Assembly (NCBI GenBank): GCA_965644265.1
Contig: OZ286460.1
Span: forward strand, 64,852,001 to 64,916,000
DNA: 64,000 nt
Direction: 5' to 3'
From: Glycera tridactyla
Lineage: Eukaryota
Both the position numbers and the translations under genes were made by a program. This document shows positions 56,901-64,000 of this stretch, in pieces. The notes under the pieces are model-generated. The model was not told the origin of the DNA. It worked only from the letters and a program-made list of their open reading frames with translations, and searched no databases. Every line of letters starts with the position of its first letter. Position 1 is the first letter of the stretch.

Positions 56901-59277
56901 AAAGGCTATCCAGTATGCCAAGCCTTATAAACGTGGAATATAAGCTGATCAGATGGTTCTTGTAAGACTGGGGATTGGTTTGAAATTTCTGATCAGGGGA
57001 AGAGTGATGTTTGATATATCTTGATATGCCGTCTAAGACAGCGTCACCACAGGCATGCTCAACCAGGCTGGACCTGAATCTTTAGCCTTGGTATCAGGCT
57101 TTAAAAGGTCCCTTTTCTCCTCTTTAGCTGTAGTTCTACAGTCGGCAGGCTATTCTGATCGATCCGATAGCAGAAGAGCCTGTCGCTCTGTATTTTCGAC
57201 AGTCCGCACAATACATTCTCTTACATATCTGCCCAATGTTGGTATCACTCAAGCTTGCATTCCGGGGGCCTATCAGATCTGAAGTTTGTATCAGCTCTGA
57301 ACAATGGTCTGAGGAATGCAATTCGTCGAGAAATAAGACGATGAATGATCGTTCCAAACTCTAAGAACACCGTTTTGTCCTCATTGAAGTGGAAATTGAA
57401 ATCGAGACAGAGCTATACCATACGTCGAACTTTCGACACTGCCGTACACTACTCTATCGAGGGTGGGACGATGATGTGGGAATTCCAGGTCACCAGATGG
57501 TGGGTCGACACTATTTTGCAGAACGCCAGAATAGGGCAGATGTTAGAATGGGATTTCCGTGAGTTTGGGGTCTTGATGAAGTTCTCTGAAACAACTAAAC
57601 AGGCAGAGAGAAATAATGGCATTCTGACTGCGATCTCACTTGTTTCTGCGTACTTCATCGTGTATCCACTCCAACATATCTCGACCAGTTATATTTCACG
57701 GAGAACAGAGCTGTAGTGCGGGCAGATTGGGAGTTGAGTATATTGAATACATGACTTTATCAGTGAAACAAACGATTTCAAGGAAGGACGGTCCCTTAAT
57801 GCTTCAGTTTTGTGACATTCCTTCCCACAAATCATTTGTCACAACTCATGTACTTAACTCCACTTATGTTTATCTACTCACCACACTTGCTCTGTTTTTC
57901 GATGAAATATTGTATGCTGTACATTCCATTCTCTATCTACTGTACCATTCCATTGTTCTGTGGAATTTATAGATCAGATGGTGGCTAGAATTTGTGATTC
58001 CACTGCATGGTCAGCCTACCTAGTCCGTGTTGTATGACGGTGCCAAAAAATCTACTAGCTATACTCTGAGCCCTAAACTCAACGAGAATTACCTGTTATA
58101 TGATGTATATTGTGGGCTTCTTCCCAATTATACCATTTCTTCTCTTCCATTTTCCTTCTCATACATTCACATTTTATGGACGAGAAATATTTTGAAGACA
58201 CCTCAACATTTACATACATGCACGCATACACCTATACATATATAGTTCCATACAGAATGCAATATGTTTGCACACATTCATCAGGCTTTCATATTCGACC
58301 ACTACATCATTTATTTTTTAAATTTGTCAAATCTCAATAGGATATCAATAAATATATCCAAACATCGAATGCAGAAACCCCATATAGTGCTCTGCCAAAA
58401 TAGGGGAGTGTTCGAACTTAAGTCGAATTGTCAACTCCTTCTTTATCCAAAATTTCAAAAAGCTTGTATGGTCTGTACCAACAGGAATTGGTGCTCATTT
58501 CTGATTGATGTGTGGGTTGGTAAAGTGTGAGTTCCTTCGATAGTCTGGAAAGTAAGATGACGCCAAAAGCACGATCTATCTGCATTCGGTTGGCCATATT
58601 GGTGTAATGAAGTTAAAAGACATCGGTTAAGTATTAAATGAAGAAAGAATGGTGCAGGCATCCTGCTTTTGTATGGTTTCCCTTGATATTGTCGTGCGAC
58701 CTGGATAGATATTCATCATATCTTGCACCACGTGAGTGACTTCCGAGGAGTAATAATGATTCAATGTCCATTTGCATTGATTCTGGAAATAATTTTGGGA
58801 TAACTCAACAATTGGAACTTTTCTGACGTCCAGTACAATGAAAAAATCTAGTAGTGCAAGATAATAAGAAAAAGTCCAGTAGTGCAAGATAATAAGAAAT
58901 TTGGTAAGGCATTCTGATAATTGACGCTTTCGAGATGCTTTTCCCCTAGGTGCTGAATCTTTTCCTTGCTCTGCTGCTGTCCTCGTTCGGAGCTGAGAGC
59001 TTACAGCAAAGTCAGGATGACTCCGAGCCGAATAAGCTACAAGAGGCTATAGATCGAATCAACCGCTTTGTCGTCTTTGTCAAGTCACATATTATGTACT
59101 GTGTCAAAGTTAGAATGCGACGCAAGTCGATCCTTGACGACTTTGATCCAAGCATCACCAAGACGGATCTGAGTAGCAAAGACATTGTAGCGGACGGTGC
59201 CGGCCCCATGCGTAATGGCCGAATATGTGAGCATGATTCACCAGATGGCGATGATGACAGCATGCATGACGGCAAAG
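13437..59277 (+). CDS. para: Voltage-gated sodium channel alpha subunit, Nav1/para type; multi-exon and partial (no start codon, no DIII-DIV)
   Basis: Exons join in frame through canonical splice sites. Motifs seen: DI S4 [15 protein letters not shown]-loop [12 protein letters not shown]6 [21 protein letters not shown]4 [23 protein letters not shown]-loop [14 protein letters not shown]6 [21 protein letters not shown] and EWIES fit Nav1 rather than Nav2/DSC1. Confidence 0.97.
14068..14113. repeat. (TA)n microsatellite
   Basis: Pure TA run. Confidence 0.95.
14225..14343 (+). CDS. para: Nav1 exon B ([40 protein letters not shown])
   Basis: ttgcag| acceptor; ends CC|ATATCCTTTT (U12 donor); 119 nt, phase 0-2. 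Confidence 0.93.
14587..14717. other. Assembly gap (N)
   Basis: N run; other gaps at 18663-18931, 22617-22867, 26661-26822, 29642-29888, 31924-32052. Confidence 1.
17359..17427. repeat. (TA)n microsatellite with TACA interruptions at the edges
   Basis: Direct reading. Confidence 0.95.
19632..19712 (+). CDS. para: Nav1 exon C (DI S1: [27 protein letters not shown])
   Basis: AC| acceptor, |gtgagt donor, 81 nt, phase 2-2. Confidence 0.9.
20420..21050. repeat. Compound (GAT/ATC/ATT)n low-complexity tract interrupted by unique sequence including a G-run at ~20624-20638
   Basis: Direct reading; gives spurious poly-I/M ORFs. Confidence 0.85.
21090..21218 (+). CDS. para: Nav1 exon D (DI S2-S3: [43 protein letters not shown])
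   Basis: ttttcag| acceptor, |gtacgt donor, 129 nt, phase 2-2. Confidence 0.95.
21754..21845 (+). CDS. para: Nav1 exon E (DI S3-S4: [31 protein letters not shown])
   Basis: tcacag| acceptor, |gtaggt donor, 92 nt, phase 2-1; S4 R/K periodicity. Confidence 0.95.
22322..22531 (+). CDS. para: Nav1 exon F (DI S4-S5, S5 and turret: [45 protein letters not shown]...WWENE)
   Basis: ttttgcag| acceptor, |gtaagt donor, 210 nt, phase 1-1. Confidence 0.96.
24083..24143 (+). CDS. para: Nav1 alternative exon G1 ((T)[20 protein letters not shown])
   Basis: tttacag| acceptor, |gtaagt donor, 61 nt, phase 1-2. Confidence 0.9.
24200..24260 (+). CDS. para: Nav1 alternative exon G2 ((N)[20 protein letters not shown])
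   Basis: ctccacag| acceptor, |gtgagt donor, 61 nt, phase 1-2; paralogous to G1. Confidence 0.9.
24870..25047 (+). mobile_element. tRNA-derived SINE; boundaries approximate
   Basis: A-box-like TGCCTCAGTGG (~24878-24888), B-box GGTTCAATCC (24921-24930), non-tRNA body and a (CATTTC)-like tail; no intact cloverleaf. Confidence 0.6.
26580..27000. repeat. (ATA/GAT/ATC)n compound microsatellite spanning a gap
   Basis: Direct reading. Confidence 0.9.
27329..27470 (+). CDS. para: Nav1 exon H (DI P-loop: [47 protein letters not shown])
   Basis: tttacag| acceptor, |gtgagt donor, 142 nt, phase 2-0; selectivity-filter D at 27444-27446. Confidence 0.97.
28561..28737 (+). CDS. para: Nav1 exon I (DI S6: [59 protein letters not shown])
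   Basis: gtacag| acceptor, |gtaagc donor, 177 nt, phase 0-0. Confidence 0.96.
29895..29990. repeat. (GTA)n microsatellite
   Basis: Direct reading. Confidence 0.95.
30119..30199 (+). CDS. para: Candidate Nav1 I-II linker exon ([27 protein letters not shown]), possibly a cassette
   Basis: tttctttgtgattggaacag| acceptor, |gtaagt donor, 81 nt, phase 0-0, open in the channel frame; no homology I can recognise. Confidence 0.6.
34033..34260 (+). CDS. para: Nav1 exon J (I-II linker: [35 protein letters not shown]...[15 protein letters not shown])
   Basis: atttag| acceptor, |gtaagg donor, 228 nt, phase 0-0; para-like KSPSDFSC motif. Confidence 0.88.
34993..35196 (+). CDS. para: Nav1 exon K ([18 protein letters not shown]...[35 protein letters not shown])
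   Basis: tttcag| acceptor, |gtatgt donor, 204 nt; para motifs SLSLPG.P..RRGS and [12 protein letters not shown]. Confidence 0.93.
38108..38410 (+). CDS. para: Nav1 exon L ([28 protein letters not shown]...[20 protein letters not shown]...[15 protein letters not shown])
   Basis: cttgcag| acceptor, |gtaaat donor, 303 nt, phase 0-0; motifs SHGD and [11 protein letters not shown]. Confidence 0.88.
39067..39133. repeat. (GCTGT)n pentanucleotide repeat, degenerate distally
   Basis: Direct reading. Confidence 0.9.
42255..42360 (+). CDS. para: Nav1 exon M ([35 protein letters not shown])
   Basis: tagcag| acceptor, |gtaacc donor, 106 nt, phase 0-1; para-like DNPFI...VDMK. Supplies the phase change needed between exons L and N. 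Confidence 0.88.
43226..43276 (+). CDS. para: Nav1 exon N ((D)[16 protein letters not shown](S))
   Basis: tttcag| acceptor, |gtaagt donor, 51 nt, phase 1-1; matches para DVMVLNDIIEQAAGR. Confidence 0.9.
45280..45524 (+). CDS. para: Nav1 exon O (end of linker and DII S1: [12 protein letters not shown]...[10 protein letters not shown]...[27 protein letters not shown]...MGNY)
   Basis: tttgtag| acceptor, |gtaagt donor, 245 nt, phase 1-0. Confidence 0.94.
46153..46326 (+). CDS. para: Nav1 exon P (DII S2-S4: [17 protein letters not shown]...[32 protein letters not shown])
   Basis: gtacag| acceptor, |gtgagt donor, 174 nt, phase 0-0. Confidence 0.96.
48440..48790 (+). CDS. para: Nav1 exon Q (DII S4-S6: [13 protein letters not shown]...[15 protein letters not shown]...MVIGNLV)
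   Basis: ttgcag| acceptor, |gtgagt donor, 351 nt, phase 0-0; selectivity-filter E at 48698-48700. Confidence 0.97.
54890..55030. promoter_or_regulatory. CpG-rich intronic cluster of promoter-type motifs; function unknown
   Basis: CRE-like TTTACGTCA 54918-54926, GC box CCGCCCC 54950-54956, inverted CCAAT (CTGATTGG) 54956-54963, E-box TCACGTGAC 54973-54981, TTTATAAAT 55021-55029. Confidence 0.3.
56610..56688. repeat. (ATATT)n AT-rich simple repeat
   Basis: Direct reading. Confidence 0.85.
58950..59277 (+). CDS. para: Nav1 exon R (DII S6 end and II-III linker: [40 protein letters not shown]...DDSMHDGK)
   Basis: ttcccctag| acceptor, |gtattt donor (donor less certain), 328 nt, phase 0-1. Confidence 0.92.
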
Positions 59278-60540
59278 GTATTTATTCACTACGCACATCT
59301 TCCCCCACCCCCTACCCCAGCACGCACTGCCCGAATACATACTGTTTCACCGCCAGCTCGTCTTTAAATTTTGTTTGGAACATCCATGAAAAGCTTCTTC
59401 GATCATGTATTCCCATTACCACCTCCCTAGTTGTGATCCTGCGGAAGTTTGCATTGGTCGGTGCTGCTGGCCATGAACTGAAGAGCTTCAAATTTTCAAA
59501 CGAGAGAGCAAATTTGATACTTATAAAAGAGTGCTAATTCACGATATCTTAAATGCCCCATCTGGCATTATTTCATCAAATTTCCAGATTACACTAAGAA
59601 TGGTCGAGGAGATACACATGTTACTTCTTAGACGCTCATATCATGGAAAGGGTACCTACTGAATTTAGATTTGCCTCATTTTGAAACGGTATAGTATCCA
59701 TATCTTACATTCAACCTCCTTGATGTGAAGCCTTAATATTCGATTTTCAGTGTCGTGTGGGTTACCAAGCATAACAATTTGATGTAATAGTGTTTCAAAT
59801 ATGGTCTCAGATAAAGTTCTGACCTGCCGCCAATGGAGAAGAACATCGACATCTAGAGATTCCCATTTTATTTTCTGTAGTCTGCCTTATTCGAGACATT
59901 CGTTATACAAGATCTCATCCACTATTATGAAGTTATGCATATTTGTTCATATCCGTATGCAAACTCTCAATAACCGAGTTTGCAATAAAGTTGAAGTGTG
60001 CGTCCCATCCTATGCCAATCACTGGGTTGAGATTCACAAAATATATCAAGCAGTCCTATCATTGACAACTCCGTTTCCGGATAGAAGATGATAATATTCA
60101 TCTTCATATATGCAGAAAAAAGGCCATCAAATGTCAAAAGATCTCAAAGTTCTGCGAATCCAAAACATTTTTACTCGCGGCTGTTGCCTGCCTATAGCAC
60201 GAGTGACCCTTCCTCGACATGCGTCATGACTATGTATAACTGTGCTGTGTGAATGATAAAAGTCCTATGCGAGATTGAAGACCCCAAACTATGCCGTTTT
60301 TAACACTCATCTTGTGGTTGAATGCCTCCATCGTATGCATCCTTCATTCTAGACAAGTGCATGCTGAAGCTTTTCGATCACTTCTGGCATATATTCATCG
60401 AAATCATTTTTTCATTCTTTGCCCAAAATGATTGATTGCATATAATTCCAATGAATGAGATGCCAAAAAACCAACTTGTAATTACAGAAGCATAATGAAT
60501 CATAGAGAATATGGCGTGTTGAGATGATTGAGAAAAAGAT

Positions 60541-60828
60541 TGACAAATTGTAAGATTTAAGATCACTAAGCAGACCCCATTCAATATTTAACAAATTGTA
60601 AGATTTAAGATCACTAAGCAGACCCCATTCAATATTTGACAAATTGTAAGATTTAGAATCACTAAGCAGACCCCATTCAATATTTGACAAATTGTAAGAT
60701 TTAAGATCACTGAGCAGACCCCATTCAATATTTGACAAATTGTAAGATTCAAAATCACTAAGCAGACCCCATTCAATATTTGACAAATTGTAAGATTTAA
60801 GATCACTAAGCAGACCCCATTCAAAATT
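60541..60828. repeat. Minisatellite, 6 copies of a 48-bp unit (TGACAAATTGTAAGATTTAAGATCACTAAGCAGACCCCATTCAATATT)
   Basis: Units start at 60541, 60589, 60637, 60685, 60733 and 60781; no spacers. Confidence 0.95.
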
Positions 60829-63800
60829 TGTATGATAACTATTTCCAAATACCCTCTCTGCCGAACAATGATCTTGATGATCTCTCTGAGACGGCTGCAC
60901 TTTACCATGGATGGCTCAAATTTTTTTTTTTTCCTGGATTTCCCAAACTTGTGGTAGCTAGCAGCCACTCCCTGATAACATCAGTCATTTTCGGAATAGT
61001 CTATCGAATGAGTATAATACATATCAAAGTTGACGACAGAGAGGAAAAAACGTTAGGCGAGGGAGCTTCCCTCATGCACGACAGTATCTACAGCGAACTA
61101 CGATAAATACATGGGAAATCTTACATAGCCTGATGATTGTGGTGATAATAAGTGCATTCACCCGAACTTCAATCACTAATTTTGGCGAATAGCCGTGATA
61201 TTTAGCATCTTGTTCTCTTCAATAATACCGTGAGACAATTTAAAGCGAAGTTTAAAAGTACATTCATATCACTGACATATAGCCATAATGTGTCATCGAA
61301 TGAAGATTATAACATTATTGAGCCTTCTACGCCTCTTATTATCACGAGTATTACAATTACATTGTGCAAGCACCCAATTAAATCAAGGGAATACTCGGAA
61401 AAGACTCAAGGGGTGACAGTGAACAGAAGGCTCAGTAGCGACGGTCAGAGTTTCACCCGATGTTGGAATGATAGAACAATTTCTTAAGCTATAATGCTCC
61501 CTCCAATCTGAGTATGGAAGGTTTATTTTTGGATGTTTTGTTATATGTACCGTAATTTCAGCCCCATCATCTTTCTGGATTTATCCTGGTGCTTAAGTGG
61601 CTGCCTATTCCCTTCCCTCCTCACTGCTATTCCTGTTGCATTGCATGCACGCTTTGCAAGTATCTTCCCGTGATTCTCAAATATTTAGAATTCACCAAAT
61701 TATCGCCCAATGCCTTGCACAGGATATATTTGAGCCTCCATGCTCATTCCGCAAATGAATAGGTCAACGTTGAATGAAGCAGTGTTGAGTGTTAGGAAAT
61801 AGATTCTATAAAAGAACTATAATTGTCTAAGTAATTTCTGTAAAATCATTCAGGGGTTTATACCTCCTTGGATCCCTCTGGAAAATTTTACCAAAACTTC
61901 TGAAAATATCTCGCTGACAAGTGACCGATTCTAGAATAAGGTAGGTGTTTTTAGAAGCACAAGCCCAGTTCGGATTCAACTCAATCCAAAGTGAAACTAT
62001 TTCCATGACATCTCACCGAACAAACTTCTCCAATAATCCGTAATGTGCATTCCATCTCACTGACTGCATTGAAATTGTCTTAATTGTTTCTGATTGACAA
62101 CCATCCTGCTCATAACGATGTTTTCAACCATGCTTCTCCAGCGTGATGAATGTGACTGTGATTTTGTCTCTGCCGAATAGTGCATTTTTCACTTGCGTTT
62201 CCGATCATCTGTTGTGCTGTAGGTTCCGCCTAAGCTGACACTACACAGGTTTGAATGTTCATCACTCAATCGAACAATAGAAACATCCTCGTCGGACCAT
62301 TTGAAATAATTTCATGATTCATGATCATTGGACGTTCAGGATTTCAGATGCAACATGAATGATCAAATTGTCCATTAGCATTAATCTTCACATAAAACCA
62401 TTGTCAGAGTATACTTTGCTATCCGAATATGACACAAAGCAAGGTATTGTATCTTCGGGTCAGTGTTTTTGGTCTTGTCTCAGAGAACGTAAGCAGCTGC
62501 GCTGAAAGTTGAAGACTGCTAACTCTGTTGCTCGAAGAGTTGTGAGCATTCATACGTAAACCAATACTAATGAGTTTTATCTTTAAGACAATACCTGTCC
62601 TGTTCCCCGGACATGTAAAATTAGAATATATGATGACTCTCCTCATGGATATCATAATATGATTGGAGTAATCTCCGCAATGTCTCGTTTGACATGAATT
62701 TGGTTTGGGAAAAGTCGTGAGGCTGTACCATATGTCTTATGAAATATCGTAAAAAATTGTAGATACTAGCATTTGTAAATGTACAGTCTGGACAATAGGA
62801 CAGGTATTAGTTGAAGTCGGGGATACAGTGTACATCAATGTGAATTCAGAGGAGTGGATGAAACAATCGCATCTTCTCTGGAAAGTTCTACGATATGTTC
62901 CCTTGGAATATTTCACAAGAACAGGAACATTTGCAGGTCACCCTTGCTGAACAATGCAGAGGGCTTTCTGTGGGGCTCTTGTATTGATGGTAGGCAACTG
63001 TCCTGCGTCATCACAATTATTTGTTCATTTCTACTAAGATTAAGGTGCAATTGATGTCGCAGTATGCGATTATTCTGCAACAATGAAACAGCAGAAGAGT
63101 GTCTTATTCATTGTGATAGAGAACACAAATAAGAAGTGGCAAGAGTCAAAGAAGTAAATCAGCATAAATGAGTCCGAGAGGGGCCCAACTGATGATATGT
63201 ATTTTCTCGGATACTACTTCAACACTATTTCGGTATCAACACTGTCTTAAGCTGTACCGGCATGTGCAGCAAGTCCACCAACTAGTGGAAAGTATTCCAA
63301 TCTAAAGTGCATTTAGACTTTTGTGCCATGTTCCCCAAAAAACACCTCTGTCTTACATAGGAGACAATTGCTCTCGGAAGGGACAATGATACATCAGTGT
63401 ACTTGATGTTAAGATGATGTCATACGTGTATGTACATTGTATCTTCTTTTGAAATATACAAGGGCACTCAACGTGTCAACACTTTGTAGTTTATGTTGGG
63501 GTGTGTGCTGTTTGTATGTGCTTCCATCTGACCTTGTGTCACACTAGGCAGATGGATCAGTTTAGTTCGAAACTGATGTTGATGTAACAGGTAAGAGCGA
63601 CTGTGATCACATGATCGCAGCCCATGACACAGCCAGTGTTACAATCGAGCCTCCCCGGTTCCAGGAACGACAACTAGGTGGTGTATTTTGAATGTCTGCC
63701 TCCATTGATCTACCAACCCATTAAGGCTCATATCTGTCTACTGTTTTCTGAAGATTTTTAAAATTTTTATCTTCAGTTACCTCGCTTGACATTAAACCAT

Positions 63801-64000
63801 ATACCACACAATTGGTCCCATCGGTTTAGACAAATAGCGGAGTTGAGGACCACTTGAGCACCCTGTGAAATCCTGTCAAAATGCTCTCATCCGCAGTCGT
63901 TGTTGGTTATTCTCCCAGATGTCATAGCAGCTAGTTGCAACACCAAGCACTCCCATCAAATGGGAATTATTTTAACACGCTGTAGATTGACGTACAAGAA

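Noticed and set aside
58849-58899. Short tandem duplication (~28 bp) upstream of exon R; similar ones at ~18250-18312 and ~10326-10356
   Set aside because: Ordinary slippage duplications with no evidence of function
60412-60968. Repeat array as CRISPR, or the 162-aa and 126-aa ORFs as genes
   Set aside because: Head-to-tail units with no spacers, no cas genes and a eukaryotic intron context; the ORFs arise from the 48-bp period
60828-61106. ORF MYDNYFQIPSLPNNDLDD... as the next channel exon
   Set aside because: No convincing acceptor/donor pair and no recognisable II-III linker similarity

Overview
Eukaryotic genomic DNA with six N gaps and many microsatellites. It is dominated by one intron-rich + strand gene for a voltage-gated sodium channel alpha subunit of the Nav1 (para/SCN) type. 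The protein most resembles lophotrochozoan (mollusc/annelid) channels as I recall them; the taxon is an inference. I could splice 20 coding exons between 13437 and 59277 in phase, about 3.2 kb or ~1,070 codons using one of the two alternative exons. They cover part of the N-terminal tail, domain I, the I-II linker, domain II and the start of the II-III linker. The start codon and domains III-IV were not found and probably lie outside the window. Highlights: (1) two tandem 61-nt, apparently mutually exclusive exons 56 nt apart in the domain I extracellular turret, whose choice creates or removes an N-glycosylation sequon; (2) a U12-type AT-AC intron; (3) an acidic 81-nt frame-preserving exon in the I-II linker; (4) further candidate splice variants. 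Non-channel DNA holds the 5' part of a DIRS-like retrotransposon with an unbroken Gag-like ORF, an L2 LINE 3' end, a tRNA-derived SINE, a 6 x 48-bp minisatellite and simple repeats. All coordinates and translations were worked out by hand, and no database search was run.
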